From Marimonas arenosa (GTDB taxonomy: Bacteria > Pseudomonadota > Alphaproteobacteria > Rhodobacterales > Rhodobacteraceae), in assembly GCF_030848945.1 (NCBI RefSeq), contig NZ_JANHAX010000001.1, positions 1,221,103 to 1,285,102 of the forward strand: 64,000 nucleotides of DNA, in the 5' to 3' direction. Below, in pieces: positions 46,462 to 57,773 of the stretch (its first letter is position 1; each line of letters starts with the position of its first letter). The translations under genes were made by a program, and so were the position numbers. The notes under the pieces are model-generated. The model was not told where the DNA came from. It did no database searches and was given only the letters and a program-made list of their open reading frames with translations.

Positions 46462-46908
46462 CTAATCGAGATAGCGTTTGAAACCGACATGACTGGCCTC
46501 GAACCCCAGTGCCTCGTAGAACCGGTGGCTGTCGGTGCGCTGCGCGTTCATCGTCAGCTGGATCAGCCGGCAACCGGCAGTGCGGGCGCGGGCCTCGATA
46601 TCGGCGAACATCTCTTTGCCCACACCCTGGCCTCGGAGGTGCCCGGCGACGCGCACCGATTCCACCTGCGCCCGCCGTGCGGCCGCCAGGCTGAGCCCGG
46701 ATATGAAGGTCAGCTGGTAAGTGGCAGCGATCGCGCCGCGGTCGTCTTCGCCGACATAGATCCGGTTGTTGCCTTCCGCCTGCATCGCGTCAAAGGCAGC
46801 GTAGTAGGCGTCGAGTCCGTCAAGCTCGCGTTTGGCTCCCAGCATGTCGTCGGCCAGCATGGCCACGATCGCGGGCACGTCGTCGCGCAAGGCCGGGCGG
46901 AACTTCAT
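46462..46908 (-). CDS. GNAT family N-acetyltransferase
   Basis: Acetyl-CoA binding block [23 protein letters not shown] overlap with the trpF stop. 148 aa. Confidence 0.75.
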   Translation of the reverse strand: MKFRPALRDDVPAIVAMLADDMLGAKRELDGLDAYYAAFDAMQAEGNNRIYVGEDDRGAIAATYQLTFISGLSLAAARRAQVESVRVAGHLRGQGVGKEMFADIEARARTAGCRLIQLTMNAQRTDSHRFYEALGFEASHVGFKRYLD

Positions 46909-47546
46909 GCGCGCCGGGCCGCTTCGACGAAAGCGCGGATGCGGGCGGGATCCTTCACCCCCGGCGCGCTTTCGACACCAGAAGACACGTCGACCTGGCG
47001 CGCGCCGGTCAAACGGATCGCCTCGGTCACGTTCTCGGGCGTCAGCCCACCGGCCAGCATCCACGGCACCGGCCAGCGCCGCCCGGCGATCAGCCGCCAA
47101 TCGAAGGCGATGGCGTTGCCACCGGGACGGTCGGCCCCTTTCGGTGGCTTGGCGTCGACCAGGATCTGGTCGGCGACGCGGCCATATTCCTCAAGCGCCG
47201 GCAAGTCCGACTCGTCGGCGACGCCCACCGCCTTCATCACTGGCAGGCCATAGCGGGCGCGGATCTCGGCCACGCGGTCGAAGCTTTCCGTCCCGTGCAA
47301 CTGGAGCATGTCGAGCGGCACCGCCGCGGTGATCTGTTCGAGGCGGGCGTCGTCGGCATTCACCACCAGCGCCACCTTGGCGAGCCCCGCCGGCACGGCG
47401 AGCGCAAGTGATTTTGCCGTTGCGAGGTCGAGGTTGCGGGGCGACTTGGGAAAGAACACAAAGCCACAATACGCCGCGCCGGCCTTGGCCACGGCGGTCA
47501 CATCTTCCGGCCGCGTCAGGCCGCAGATTTTCACTTTGATTTCCAT
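46905..47546 (-). CDS. trpF: phosphoribosylanthranilate isomerase
   Basis: [16 protein letters not shown]...[11 protein letters not shown]...LQLHGTES, typical TrpF. 213 aa. Confidence 0.85.
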   Translation of the reverse strand: MEIKVKICGLTRPEDVTAVAKAGAAYCGFVFFPKSPRNLDLATAKSLALAVPAGLAKVALVVNADDARLEQITAAVPLDMLQLHGTESFDRVAEIRARYGLPVMKAVGVADESDLPALEEYGRVADQILVDAKPPKGADRPGGNAIAFDWRLIAGRRWPVPWMLAGGLTPENVTEAIRLTGARQVDVSSGVESAPGVKDPARIRAFVEAARRA

Positions 47547-47627
47547 GCCTGCCGACATACGCAAAAAACCCAGCACAAGAAAGGGGCGGAAACCCGGCCC
47601 TGCGCCCTGCCCCGACCGACTGCCGGT

Positions 47628-47981
47628 TCAGCTGGCCTCGTCGAGGATCGCCAGCACCTCGTCGGGTTCGCCCTTGTCGGTGGTGCCTTTCATCCGGCTC
47701 ATCTCGCGCTTGAGTTGGCGCACTTCGCCGGCCTTGCGTGCGGCTTCGGCACGGTGCCGGTGTTCGCGCAGCCACTCCCAGACAAAGCCGATCAGCAGGC
47801 CAGCGATGATGCTGATGAAGATGACGATGAAAAGCGGCAACTCGACCGAGCGGTTGAGCCCCAGAAGTGCGCCCAACTCTTCGGGAAAGAGCCGCAGTTG
47901 GACCGCGCCCCGGTTGGCCATCGCCACCGAGATCAGGATGACGGCCAGCGCACCGAGAAAGCCGTAACGGACATAGCGCAT
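47628..47981 (-). CDS. LapA/DUF1049-like small inner-membrane protein
   Basis: Two TM helices followed by a basic/coiled C-terminus. Conserved position between ihfB and trpF in alphaproteobacteria. Confidence 0.5.
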   Translation of the reverse strand: MRYVRYGFLGALAVILISVAMANRGAVQLRLFPEELGALLGLNRSVELPLFIVIFISIIAGLLIGFVWEWLREHRHRAEAARKAGEVRQLKREMSRMKGTTDKGEPDEVLAILDEAS

Positions 47982-47984
47982 GGC

Positions 47985-48269
47985 TCAGGCTTTCCCGTTC
48001 AACCTGTCGCGCAGGAGCTTGCCGGTCTTGAAGAAGGGAACATGTTTTTCCTCGACCTGCACCGCCTCGCCGGTGCGGGGGTTGCGGCCGACGCGGGCGT
48101 CGCGCTTTTTCACCGAGAACGCCCCGAAGCCGCGCAACTCGACACGGTCGCCGCGGGACATGGCATCGGTGATCTCTTCGAAGATGGTGTTCACGATCCG
48201 CTCGACATCGCGCTGATAGAGATGCGGATTCTCATCGGCAATTTTCTGTATCAGTTCCGAACGGATCAT
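47985..48269 (-). CDS. ihfB: integration host factor subunit beta
   Basis: [70 protein letters not shown]. 94 aa. GGAG SD upstream. The track ORF carries a 77-codon extension. Confidence 0.9.
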   Translation of the reverse strand: MIRSELIQKIADENPHLYQRDVERIVNTIFEEITDAMSRGDRVELRGFGAFSVKKRDARVGRNPRTGEAVQVEEKHVPFFKTGKLLRDRLNGKA

Positions 48270-48600
48270 CGGATCACTCTCCCCAGGAATTGTTTTTTCA
48301 TGCGCAGACTTGTGCATGACTATAGGAACAATTGTGGCTTTGAGAAACCGCAAAGCTTGGCCCCGGGCCGTCGATTCAGGGTCTGAATCCGTCAATTGCG
48401 GCGGGTTTTCGCGGAAAGGCCGGGCATTTTGGCACCGGACGCGGAATTGACCCGTTCCGCCGCACTGCGGCGAAGCCTTTGATTCGGTGTGGAAATCCAT
48501 TCACTCGCGACAGGTCTGGATTGCACCTGTGCCGATGGCCGCGATGGCTTACCCACGCATTGTTCCGCCCGCTCAAACCGGGATTGCAGTGGACCACGGG

Positions 48601-48635
48601 TGCAAACGAAAAGGCCCCGCGCATCGCGCGGGGCC
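48601..48635 (-). terminator. Rho-independent terminator after rpsA
   Basis: Perfect 10-bp inverted repeat ggccccgcgc-atc-gcgcggggcc. On the minus strand it is followed by TTTTCGTTTG. About 30 nt downstream of the rpsA stop. Confidence 0.7.
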
Positions 48636-48667
48636 CATCGCAAACTTTCTGGTCTCGGTCGTCGCGA

Positions 48668-50344
48668 TCAGTCTTCGTCGGACTTCAGCGCGGCGCCGAG
48701 GATGTCGCCCAGCGAGGCGCCCGAATCCGAGCTGCCATACTGTTCCACGGCTTCCTTCTCTTCGGCGATCTCGCGGGCCTTGATCGAGAGGCCAAGACGG
48801 CGCGATTTCGAATCCACGTTGGTGACACGGACATCGATATGGTCGCCGACCGAGAAACGCTCGGGGCGCTGTTCGGCGCGGTCACGGCTGAGATCCGAGC
48901 GGCGGATGAAGCTCTTCATGCCCTCGTATTCCACCTCGATGCCGCCATCCTCGATCGCGGTCACGGTCACGGTGATGATCGACCCGCGCTTCACGCCGCC
49001 GATGGCCTCGGCAAACTTGTCGCCACCCAGTGCCTTGATCGAGAGCGAGATGCGCTCTTTCTCGACGTCCACTTCCGAGACGACAGCTTTGACCACGTCG
49101 CCCTTCTTGTAGTTCTGGATCGCGTCTTCGCCGCGCTCGTCCCAGCTGAGATCGCTGAGGTGGACCATGCCGTCGATATCGCCGTCGAGACCGACGAACA
49201 GGCCGAACTCGGTGATGTTCTTGACCTCGCCCTCGACCTCGGTGCCCTCGGGATGGGTCTCGGCAAAGACCTCCCACGGGTTGCGCATGGTCTGTTTGAG
49301 ACCCAGCGACACGCGACGCTTGGCGGCGTCGATTTCCAGCACCATGACGTCGACTTCCTGGCTGGTCGAAACGATCTTGCCGGGATGGACGTTCTTCTTG
49401 GTCCAGGACATTTCCGAGACGTGCACCAGGCCTTCGACACCGGGTTCCAGCTCAACAAACGCACCGTAGTCGGTGATGTTGGTGACGCGGCCCTTGTGGA
49501 CCGAACCCAGCGGGAACTTGGCGCCCACCAGATCCCACGGATCATCCTGCAGCTGTTTCATGCCGAGGCTGATGCGGTGGGTTTCCTTGTTGATCTTGAT
49601 GACCTGAACCTTGACGGTTTCGCCGATCGACAGGATCTCGGAGGGGTGGTTCACGCGCCGCCATGCCATATCGGTGACGTGCAGCAGGCCGTCAACACCG
49701 CCGAGGTCAACAAACGCACCGTATTCGGTGATGTTCTTGACCACGCCGTCAACGGTCTGGCCTTCGGTGAGGTTACCGATCACCTCGGCACGCTGTTCGG
49801 CGCGGCTCTCTTCCAGGATGGCGCGGCGCGAGACAACGATGTTGCCACGGCGACGGTCCATTTTCAGAATCTGGAACGGCTGTTTCAGACCCATCAGCGG
49901 GCCAGCGTCGCGCACGGGGCGCACATCGACTTGGCTGCCGGGCAGGAAGGCCACGGCACCGCCGAGATCGACGGTAAAGCCACCCTTGACGCGGCCAAAG
50001 ATGGCACCTTCGACGCGGGCGTCGCCGGCATAGGCTTTTTCCAGACGGTCCCAGGCTTCCTCGCGGCGGGCCATTTCGCGCGAAATGACGGCTTCGCCGC
50101 GGGCGTTTTCAGCCGAGCGCAGGTAGACCTCGACCTCATCGCCGACGGCGATTTCGGGGGCTTCTCCGGGATTTGCGAATTCTTTGAGCTCGACGCGGCC
50201 TTCCATCTTGTAGCCGACGTCGATGATGGCTTGTCCCGCTTCAATCGCGATGACCTTGCCCTTGACGACAGACCCCTCTTCGGGCGTGTCCATTTCGAAG
50301 CTTTCGTTCAGGAGTGCTTCAAACTCTTCCATCGTGTTTGCCAT
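48668..50344 (-). CDS. rpsA: 30S ribosomal protein S1
   Basis: Six S1 repeats (GKVIAIEAGQAIIDVG..., GRVTNITDYGAFVEL..., etc). 558 aa. Start MANTMEEFEALLNESF. Confidence 0.92.
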   Translation of the reverse strand: MANTMEEFEALLNESFEMDTPEEGSVVKGKVIAIEAGQAIIDVGYKMEGRVELKEFANPGEAPEIAVGDEVEVYLRSAENARGEAVISREMARREEAWDRLEKAYAGDARVEGAIFGRVKGGFTVDLGGAVAFLPGSQVDVRPVRDAGPLMGLKQPFQILKMDRRRGNIVVSRRAILEESRAEQRAEVIGNLTEGQTVDGVVKNITEYGAFVDLGGVDGLLHVTDMAWRRVNHPSEILSIGETVKVQVIKINKETHRISLGMKQLQDDPWDLVGAKFPLGSVHKGRVTNITDYGAFVELEPGVEGLVHVSEMSWTKKNVHPGKIVSTSQEVDVMVLEIDAAKRRVSLGLKQTMRNPWEVFAETHPEGTEVEGEVKNITEFGLFVGLDGDIDGMVHLSDLSWDERGEDAIQNYKKGDVVKAVVSEVDVEKERISLSIKALGGDKFAEAIGGVKRGSIITVTVTAIEDGGIEVEYEGMKSFIRRSDLSRDRAEQRPERFSVGDHIDVRVTNVDSKSRRLGLSIKAREIAEEKEAVEQYGSSDSGASLGDILGAALKSDED

Positions 50345-50638
50345 GTGGCGTTCAGTTCCTTTTTTCGGTTTTTTCGGGCCGCGCGGTTGTCTCCGCCGGT
50401 CTTCACAGGTTTCGTTGGTCAGACGGGCCTTGAAAACAAAGAGGGCCGGTGGTTGTCCGACCCTGCTCATCTCTTCGTTCTATGGCGGTTCCGCCTTGTC
50501 GACGCGCGCTTCATAGGGGGTTCACGCCTGCGGCGCAAGGGCGAAAGCTCAACAGCGGCGGGGCGGGACCGAGGAACGGAGGTTTCCCGCCGAGACACCG
50601 CGGTTTCCGGAACGGACGCCCGACCGAAAAAGTAATGC

Positions 50639-50672
50639 CAGTGTTCCCGGCTGTTCAGTGTTCCCGGCTGTC
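50639..50672. repeat. 17-bp tandem direct repeat (CAGTGTTCCCGGCTGTT x2) in the rpsA upstream region
   Basis: cagtgttcccggctgtt cagtgttcccggctgtc, adjacent copies with one mismatch. Confidence 0.6.
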
Positions 50673-50727
50673 TGTCTGGCCCGGCGCCTTGCAGCTGCCG
50701 ACCAACACAATTGGGAACCAGCGGCGG

Positions 50728-51255
50728 TTACCCTATCGCGCCAGAGGCCGCCCGTTCCGTCGCCAGCAGGGCCGGCAGACGCGAAAACTCTTCGCGCACA
50801 TGCGCGTCCATGTCCGTCGCGAAACGGCGGTTGAAATGGAGCCGGAAGAGCGGATCGAAAACCCGGCCAGCGCCGCGAAACCCGGCGGCAATTTCGTGCC
50901 GGATCACGACGCCGTCGTCGGTATCGCGCAAATCGAGTGTCAGCCAGACAGGCAACGGCACGAAGCGGGACAGCTTCAAGACGAGCCTGCGCCCCGGATC
51001 GAGCTCAATTACCCGTCCGCCGACCCGCACCCGATGCCTGCCAACATATTCATCCATGAAAAACCGGCTACCCACATGGCCGGGTCCGCCATCGCGTGTG
51101 AAGAACCTCAGATGCGTGCCCGGCCACCACGCCTGGTAGCGCCGGGTATCACAAGTCATCAGGAACTCGGTGATGTCCCGACCCGTCAGACCCGGAACGC
51201 AGGTTTGCGTGGCAATCTTGATCACGACGTGCCCTTTTTCATGTGCGTTCGTCAT
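50728..51255 (-). CDS. SRPBCC (Bet v1/polyketide cyclase-like) family protein, putative
   Basis: 175 aa. The C-terminal part of track ORF 50728..52035 is its true product. Family call tentative, from size and pattern only. Confidence 0.4.
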   Translation of the reverse strand: MTNAHEKGHVVIKIATQTCVPGLTGRDITEFLMTCDTRRYQAWWPGTHLRFFTRDGGPGHVGSRFFMDEYVGRHRVRVGGRVIELDPGRRLVLKLSRFVPLPVWLTLDLRDTDDGVVIRHEIAAGFRGAGRVFDPLFRLHFNRRFATDMDAHVREEFSRLPALLATERAASGAIG

Positions 51256-51369
51256 ATACGTGCGCCGGGATCTGTCGTTGATCTTAGTCAACCATAGCAG
51301 CCGCGGGTTGGAAAAACGGGTTGGCATTAAGAAACCCCGGTGTAATCTCCCCCTAAGGGAGGATTGCAC

Positions 51370-52926
51370 ATGACCATTTACACGAGCACTTTTCCGGACG
51401 TCGAACTGACCGATAAGACCGTCACCCAGCGCGTCTTCGAAGGCATCGACCCGGACATGGCGATCCTGATCGACGGTCCTTCGGGCCGTGAAGTGACGGG
51501 CGCGCAGTTCATCGGCGGGGTCAAATCGCTGGCCGGTGGCCTGACGGCGCGAAATTGGGGCGCGGGCAAAGTGCTGGCGCTGATGGCGCCCAATATCCCG
51601 GAATATTGCATGGTTTTCCATGCCAGCGCCTGGGCGGGCGGCACCGTAACCACGATCAACCCGACCTATACCGCGCATGAGGTCAACCACCAGCTCAAGG
51701 ATGCCGACGCCGATGTGCTGGTCACCATCGCCATGTTCGCCGACACCGCGAAGGAGGCGATCAAGGGCACCGATGTGACCGAGATTGTTATCATCGGCGA
51801 CGCCCCCGAGGGCATGGTGCCGCTGTCGGAGCTGATGGGCCCGCCGATGGAAGAGCAATGCCCGGTAGACGTCGTCGACCACGTGGTCGCCCTGCCCTAT
51901 TCCAGCGGAACGACGGGCCTGCCCAAGGGCGTGATGCTGACCCACCAGAACCTGGTGGTGAATATCGACCAGTCGCTGGTGCCCGCCGATGTCGGCGAAA
52001 AGGAATTGACGGTCGCCTTCCTGCCGTTCTTCCACATCTACGGGCTGCAGGTGTTACAGAACATCTATCTCGCCGGCGGCGGTGGGCTGGTGACGATGCC
52101 GCGCTTCGATCTGGAGATGTATCTCAAGCTGGTCTGCGACTACAAAACCGCGCGGCTGTGGATCGTGCCGCCGGTGGCGCTGGCGTTGGCCAAGCATCCG
52201 CTGGTCGACTCCTACGACCTCTCGCATGTCATCCAGATCAATTCCGCCGCCGCGCCCCTGGGCGCCGATGTGGCCGAGGCGATGGGCCAGCGGCTGGGCA
52301 CCAGCGCGACGCAGGGCTACGGCATGACCGAGCTGAGCCCGGTCAGCCATATCTCTCCCTATGGCAAGGGCAAGCCGGGGGCCTCGGGGGTCAACATCTC
52401 GAACACCGAAAGCCGGATCGTGAACCCCGAAACGCTTGAGGACATGGCCCCGGGCGAGGATGGCGAGCTCTGGGTGCGCGGGCCGCAGGTGATGAAGGGC
52501 TATCTGAACAACCCGCAGGCCACCGCCGAGACCATCGTCGAGGACGGCTGGCTCAGGACCGGCGACATCGCCCATTTCGACGAGGACGGCTATCTCTACA
52601 TCACCGACCGGCTCAAGGAGCTGGTGAAATACAAGGGTTTCCAGGTCGCCCCAGCGGAACTTGAAGCCGAGTTGCTGACCCATCCCGCGATTGCCGACGC
52701 GGCGGTGATCGGCAAGCCCGACGACGAGGCGGGCGAGCTGCCGATGGCCTTCGTCGTCGCCGCGCCGGGTCAGAGCGCGCCGACACTGGAGGAGGTGCAG
52801 GCCTACCTCGAAGACCGTCTGGCGCATTACAAGCAGGTCCGCGTGCTGGAGGCGGTGGACGAGATCCCGAAATCCGCCTCAGGCAAGATCCTGCGCCGTT
52901 TCCTGCGCGACCGGATCGGGGCCTGA
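51370..52926 (+). CDS. AMP-dependent synthetase/ligase (acyl-CoA synthetase, 4-coumarate-CoA ligase-like)
   Basis: AMP-binding motif YSSGTTGLPKGV, GYGMTE block, C-terminal lid lysine SASGKILRR. Strong SD AAGGGAGGA. Confidence 0.85.
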   Translation: MTIYTSTFPDVELTDKTVTQRVFEGIDPDMAILIDGPSGREVTGAQFIGGVKSLAGGLTARNWGAGKVLALMAPNIPEYCMVFHASAWAGGTVTTINPTYTAHEVNHQLKDADADVLVTIAMFADTAKEAIKGTDVTEIVIIGDAPEGMVPLSELMGPPMEEQCPVDVVDHVVALPYSSGTTGLPKGVMLTHQNLVVNIDQSLVPADVGEKELTVAFLPFFHIYGLQVLQNIYLAGGGGLVTMPRFDLEMYLKLVCDYKTARLWIVPPVALALAKHPLVDSYDLSHVIQINSAAAPLGADVAEAMGQRLGTSATQGYGMTELSPVSHISPYGKGKPGASGVNISNTESRIVNPETLEDMAPGEDGELWVRGPQVMKGYLNNPQATAETIVEDGWLRTGDIAHFDEDGYLYITDRLKELVKYKGFQVAPAELEAELLTHPAIADAAVIGKPDDEAGELPMAFVVAAPGQSAPTLEEVQAYLEDRLAHYKQVRVLEAVDEIPKSASGKILRRFLRDRIGA

Positions 52927-52946
52927 TCGCGAGGTTTTCAGACGCA

Positions 52947-53459
52947 TCAACCCGGCTGTCTTGCGCAGCGCTTGCCGTCGACCGTGACATGGCCCTTGGG
53001 CCGGTAGCGGGCGGCAAGTTCGCGGGTGGCCAGCGTGATCAGGCAATTCAATTCGTCGACCCGGTCCTGGTTGGGGGTCAACAGCACGACAGTTACGGCG
53101 AAGCTCGGCGACAGCTCGCCCCCTGGTTCGAGATCGATATCGGCCGGAGACAGCCCCACCGTCACGGTGCGCCGATAGAGCCAGGCCGTATCGTCCCCGA
53201 CTTCGTACCATTTGCCGACATCCGAGCCGGTCTGAACCGTGGCCGCATAATCGGCGTTGGAGCCGTCATCGTTGATCAACCCGGTATCGACAAACGCCTC
53301 ATAAAGCGGTGGCACGAGATAGTCGCCAAACCCGCTGACAAACTGCGAACTGGTCAGGTGGATGACGAACCGGCTCTTGCGGGGAAACTCGGGCGATTGC
53401 TGAGCCGCCGCCGACGAGACGAATGTGGCGCACAGAGCGAGCGCGAAGACAACGCGCAT
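52947..53459 (-). CDS. secreted hypothetical protein
   Basis: Start at MRVVFALALCATFVSSAAAQ (signal peptide). 170 aa. Confidence 0.45.
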   Translation of the reverse strand: MRVVFALALCATFVSSAAAQQSPEFPRKSRFVIHLTSSQFVSGFGDYLVPPLYEAFVDTGLINDDGSNADYAATVQTGSDVGKWYEVGDDTAWLYRRTVTVGLSPADIDLEPGGELSPSFAVTVVLLTPNQDRVDELNCLITLATRELAARYRPKGHVTVDGKRCARQPG

Positions 53460-53491
53460 GCCTCTACCTCCTATCGCAGCTAGGCACGGGC

Positions 53492-54490
53492 TCAGCAAAA
53501 GCGCTCGGGCCCGATCCACTGGTCGGCATTGTAGCGGTCACCATGGCACCAGCCAACCGGCAGCACCGCGTCGATGCGGGCGAGGTCGTCTGCACTTAGC
53601 TCGATCTCGGCGCCGCGGACGCATTCGCGGAAATGATCCACACTGCGGCTGCCGGGGATCGGGATGATGTGATCACCCTGGGCCAGCAGCCAGGCATTGG
53701 CCAGCGCCGCCGCGGGTTCGCCGATCTCGGCCGCGAGCGCGCGGAAGCGATCGGTGATCTCGAGGTTGGCGCTCAGGTTCGGCTCCTGGAAGCGCTCGTT
53801 GCCGGCCAGGAAGGGCAGATCCCCGATCACCTCCTTCGGCAGCGGGTGATCGGTCAGAAGCGACCGGCCCACCGGCGAAAAAGCGACCAGCGCTGTGCCC
53901 AGGTCGGCACAGGCCTGCACCAGTCCCAGTTCGGGATAGCGGGTCTGCAGCGAATATTCCGACTGCACCGCAGCCACCGGATGCACGGCGGCGGCCCGGC
54001 GCAGGCTGGACGGCGCGATCTCGGAAAAGCCGAAGGACCCGATCTTGCCGGTCTTCATGATCTCGACGAGACCTTCGGTCACCTCCTCGATCGGCATCGC
54101 GGGGTCGCGGCGGTGCACATAGAACAGTTCGACCCGCTCCACGCCCATTTTTTTCAGGCTTTTGTCCAGTTCCTCTTCCAGATGCGCCCGATCATTGCGG
54201 TAGATCCGGTTACCGTCGGCGTCCCGGGTGATCGAGGCCTTGGTGGCGATGACGAAGTCTTCCTTGGCCTGCGGGTTCTTCGCCAGGTACGACCCGATCC
54301 ATTCCTCGGACCGGCCCATGCCGTAGATGTTCGAGGTGTCGATATGGTTGACACCCCAGTCGCGCATGGCGTCGAGCACCGCGTGCGAGGCCTCTTCCGT
54401 GGTCTTGCCGTAGAAATCCGAAAAGCTCATCGCACCGTAGCCTACGGCAGCGATCTCCGGTCCGGTCTGCCCCAGCTTGCGCGTTTTCAT
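53492..54490 (-). CDS. aldo/keto reductase
   Basis: AKR family fold with conserved Asp/Tyr/Lys/His catalytic positions pattern. 332 aa. Overlaps the cmk stop by 4 nt. Confidence 0.85.
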   Translation of the reverse strand: MKTRKLGQTGPEIAAVGYGAMSFSDFYGKTTEEASHAVLDAMRDWGVNHIDTSNIYGMGRSEEWIGSYLAKNPQAKEDFVIATKASITRDADGNRIYRNDRAHLEEELDKSLKKMGVERVELFYVHRRDPAMPIEEVTEGLVEIMKTGKIGSFGFSEIAPSSLRRAAAVHPVAAVQSEYSLQTRYPELGLVQACADLGTALVAFSPVGRSLLTDHPLPKEVIGDLPFLAGNERFQEPNLSANLEITDRFRALAAEIGEPAAALANAWLLAQGDHIIPIPGSRSVDHFRECVRGAEIELSADDLARIDAVLPVGWCHGDRYNADQWIGPERFC

Positions 54491-55098
54491 GTCCTGTCTC
54501 CCCGTTTTTCTTCGATCACGGCAATGGCCGCGGCCACCGCCTCGTCTATGCTCATGTCGGATGTATCGATCACCACCGCGTCCAATGCTGGTTTCAGGGG
54601 CGCGGTGCTGCGTTCGCTGTCGCGGGCGTCGCGCTCCTGCACGTCGGCGAGCACGCCCGCACGGGTCACGTCGAGACCGTTGCCCTGAAGCTCCAGAAAG
54701 CGACGTTCGGCACGCACCTCGGCACTGGCGGTGACGAACAGCTTGGCCTCGGCCTCGGGACAGATCACCGTGCCGATGTCGCGCCCATCGAGCACAGCCC
54801 CGCCAGCGCGTGCAGCAAAGGCGCGCTGAAAGTCCACCAGCGCCGTGCGCACCTCGGGGATCACGGCCACGCGGCTGGCCTCCTGTGCCACCGCCGGCGT
54901 GCGCAGATCGCCCGTCAGGTCCTCGGCGGTCAACGCCTTGGCGGCAGCCACCGGGTCGGCGCCCACCAGCACTTTCGCCGCCACCGCACGGTACAGCAGG
55001 CCGGTATCGAGATGCGCAAAGCCGAAATGAGCCGCCACGGCCTTCGAGACCGTGCCCTTGCCCGCCGCCGCGGGCCCGTCGATGGCCACCGTGAAACG
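54487..55098 (-). CDS. cmk: cytidylate kinase
   Basis: [39 protein letters not shown]-loop plus CMP-binding motifs. 203 aa. Confidence 0.9.
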   Translation of the reverse strand, partial: RFTVAIDGPAAAGKGTVSKAVAAHFGFAHLDTGLLYRAVAAKVLVGADPVAAAKALTAEDLTGDLRTPAVAQEASRVAVIPEVRTALVDFQRAFAARAGGAVLDGRDIGTVICPEAEAKLFVTASAEVRAERRFLELQGNGLDVTRAGVLADVQERDARDSERSTAPLKPALDAVVIDTSDMSIDEAVAAAIAVIEEKRGDRT

Positions 55099-55135
55099 CA
55101 TGAGATGCTCCGCCAGTTGAGACCCCAACCGGTTA

Positions 55136-55648
55136 TCAGCCAGCGCCGCGATTGAAAACCCTGCGCCGGATCAGCCCGAACACCCCCCACAGGATCGCCA
55201 GGTAAACCACCGTCCAGGTCGCCGATTTCAGCATGGTCCAGCGCGACGCGGTCGCCGCGAGCTGCGCCTGGAACCCGTCGAGCAGCTGCGCCACGGTGGC
55301 GTTCTCGGCGTAATCGGCCACGCAACCGAGCACCGCGAGCGCCATCACCCCCCAACGCGCCGGCCCGCGAAACAGCGCCCAGACCGTCCAGGCGGCCCAG
55401 ACCAGCAACAGCGCGGGAAACAGCGCGTCGAAACCATGTTGGATTTCGGCGTAGAACACCCGGCCTTCGTCTGACAGCGCGTTGAGGAACGCCTCGGCTT
55501 CAGCCGCCGAATAACCGAAAGGCCGCAGGTCAAACGGTATCTTACCGTCGGCCTCGGTCTTGATCTCGGGCAAGGACCACAGCGCCATGACCACAAAAAG
55601 CCCCCAGGTGGCGAGGCTCAGCAGGATATAGAGCAGGCGACGCATCAT
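55136..55648 (-). CDS. integral membrane hypothetical protein
   Basis: 170 aa. At least 4 predicted TM helices. No family recognised. Confidence 0.45.
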   Translation of the reverse strand: MMRRLLYILLSLATWGLFVVMALWSLPEIKTEADGKIPFDLRPFGYSAAEAEAFLNALSDEGRVFYAEIQHGFDALFPALLLVWAAWTVWALFRGPARWGVMALAVLGCVADYAENATVAQLLDGFQAQLAATASRWTMLKSATWTVVYLAILWGVFGLIRRRVFNRGAG

Positions 55649-55681
55649 CTCCCGTCTTCTAGCAGCCAGCGGACCGGCCGC

Positions 55682-56311
55682 CTAGCCTGCGGCGCCATAG
55701 CTCATGGCTTCGCTGAAGACCGGTCCGTCGGTTTCGCGCGCCTTGTTCACCAGGTCCTCGATGCCGATCTCGAAGCCATAGCCTTCGCTGTGCTCGGTGG
55801 CATCCTTGACGTCTTCGATCGACCGCACCGCCAGGCCCTGGGACCGGATATGGTCGAGAAGCCTGGGCAGGGCCGCCGCCACGCTGCCCTGGATCGCCGC
55901 CAGGGTCAGGGCACCGCCCGTGCCTTTGTCGGCGGCGAGATCGAGGATCGCCACCGTCACTTCCAGCGGCGTCACCAGCGTGTTCGGAGAAAAGGTGACG
56001 GGCGGCAAGGCACAGATCTTGTCGAGTTCCTCGGCGTCCCTGATCATCGGCGCCAGATCGACTTCGAAGGGGAAATGATCAGGCTCGAAATCCTCGGTGA
56101 AGCCGGCATGCATCAGCCGGACCAGACCCAACCCCTTGGCCTGCACCGCCTGCAACAGCTTCTCGATCCCCGTAACCAGGTCCTCGGCCGCCAGCACGAA
56201 CAGCATGGTCTGCCCACCATAGGTCAGATCCGGGTCGATTTTCATCTGACCCACCGGGTCCCAGAGCTGGAGATGAGCGAAAATCGTGCGGGTCATCGTT
56301 TGATCCTTCAT
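55682..56311 (-). CDS. conserved hypothetical protein between aroA and cmk
   Basis: About 205-210 aa. Start ambiguous (MKDQTM at 56311 or MTRTIF at 56296). No motif recognised. Confidence 0.4.
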   Translation of the reverse strand: MKDQTMTRTIFAHLQLWDPVGQMKIDPDLTYGGQTMLFVLAAEDLVTGIEKLLQAVQAKGLGLVRLMHAGFTEDFEPDHFPFEVDLAPMIRDAEELDKICALPPVTFSPNTLVTPLEVTVAILDLAADKGTGGALTLAAIQGSVAAALPRLLDHIRSQGLAVRSIEDVKDATEHSEGYGFEIGIEDLVNKARETDGPVFSEAMSYGAAG

Positions 56312-56423
56312 GTCTTGCTTCGGTCCCGCCGCGCCTTGGCCGCGGGCGAATCCCGGTCCTGTTCGCAAAGCGGTTTAACAAAGGCCAGGCCCGGGCGCCG
56401 CCTGACCTCTCGCCGCAGGCGGA

Positions 56424-57773
56424 TCAGCCCTGCCGCCGGATATCGGCGCCGAGCCCCGCCATCAACGGCTCGAAGATCGGGAAAGAGGTGGCGACCGGCG
56501 CGCCATCGTCCAGCGCGACAGGGGATTTCGCCGCCATGCCGAGGCAAAGGAAGGACATCGCGATGCGATGGTCGAGGAAGGTCTCCACCGTCGCTCCGCC
56601 CGGTACCTGCCCCGCGCCGCAGCCCTTGACGATCCACCAGTCCTCGCCGTCTTCCACCTCGACACCGTTGGCCCGCAATCCGCGGGCCATCGCCTCGATC
56701 CGATCGCTTTCCTTGACCCGCAGTTCCTTGACGCCGCGCATCACGGTGTCACCGGTTGCATTCGCGGCCACCACCGACAGGATCGGGTATTCGTCGATCA
56801 TCGACGCGGCGCGCGCGGGCGGCACTTCGATACCTGTCATGTCAGGCGAATACCGCGCCCGCAGGTCTGCGACCGGCTCACCGCCCTCCTCCCGCTGGTT
56901 TTCGTAGCTGAGATCGGCCCCCATCTCGCGCAGCGTCTCGAACAGCCCGGCGCGCGTCGGATTGAGGCCGATTCCCGGCACTCTTACGTCCGAGCCCGGC
57001 ACGATCAGCGCCGCGCAGACCGGAAAGGCCGCAGAGCTCGGATCGCGCGGCACCGCGATGGTCTGCGGCGCCAGTTCGGGTCGTCCCTTGAGCGTGATCA
57101 CCCGGCCCTCCTCGGCATCGTCAACGGCAATCTCGGCGCCGAACCCCGCAAGCATCCGTTCAGTATGATCGCGCGTCGCCTCCTTCTCGATCACCACGGT
57201 TTCGCCGGGGGCGTTGAGCCCGGCCAGCAGCACCGCCGATTTCACCTGCGCCGAGGGCACCGGCACGGTATAGCGCACCGGCACCGGCGCGCGCGCGCCT
57301 TCGATCGTCATCGGCAACCGCCCGCCCGAGCGCCCCAGCGCCCGCGCACCGAACAACGCCAGCGGATCAGTGACCCGCGCCATGGGGCGCGAATTCAGGC
57401 TGGCATCGCCGGTGAACGTCGCTGTAATCGGCTGCGTCGCCATCGCCCCCATGATCAGCCGCACCCCGGTGCCGGCATTGCCGCAATCAATCACGGTGGC
57501 AGGTTCGGCGAAGCCGCCGACGCCAACACCGTTGACATGCCAGGTTCCGTCCTTGTCCCGTGTCACCTCGGCGCCGAAGTCGCGCATCGCCTGGGCCGTG
57601 GCCAGAACGTCTTCGCCTTCAAGCAGCCCGGCAATCACCGTTTCACCGACACAGAGTGCGCCGAGGATCAACGCGCGGTGCGAGATCGACTTGTCGCCCG
57701 GCACTTCGGCCTGGCCGGACAGCGCGCCACAGGGATGCGATATCATCGGTATCGGGGTGGCATGAGCGGACAT
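56424..57773 (-). CDS. aroA: 3-phosphoshikimate 1-carboxyvinyltransferase (EPSP synthase)
   Basis: [35 protein letters not shown] motifs. 449 aa. The track ORF carries a 65-codon extension. Confidence 0.9.
   Translation of the reverse strand: MSAHATPIPMISHPCGALSGQAEVPGDKSISHRALILGALCVGETVIAGLLEGEDVLATAQAMRDFGAEVTRDKDGTWHVNGVGVGGFAEPATVIDCGNAGTGVRLIMGAMATQPITATFTGDASLNSRPMARVTDPLALFGARALGRSGGRLPMTIEGARAPVPVRYTVPVPSAQVKSAVLLAGLNAPGETVVIEKEATRDHTERMLAGFGAEIAVDDAEEGRVITLKGRPELAPQTIAVPRDPSSAAFPVCAALIVPGSDVRVPGIGLNPTRAGLFETLREMGADLSYENQREEGGEPVADLRARYSPDMTGIEVPPARAASMIDEYPILSVVAANATGDTVMRGVKELRVKESDRIEAMARGLRANGVEVEDGEDWWIVKGCGAGQVPGGATVETFLDHRIAMSFLCLGMAAKSPVALDDGAPVATSFPIFEPLMAGLGADIRRQG

Noticed and set aside
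48479-50635. 718-aa plus-strand ORF
   Set aside because: Antisense of rpsA.
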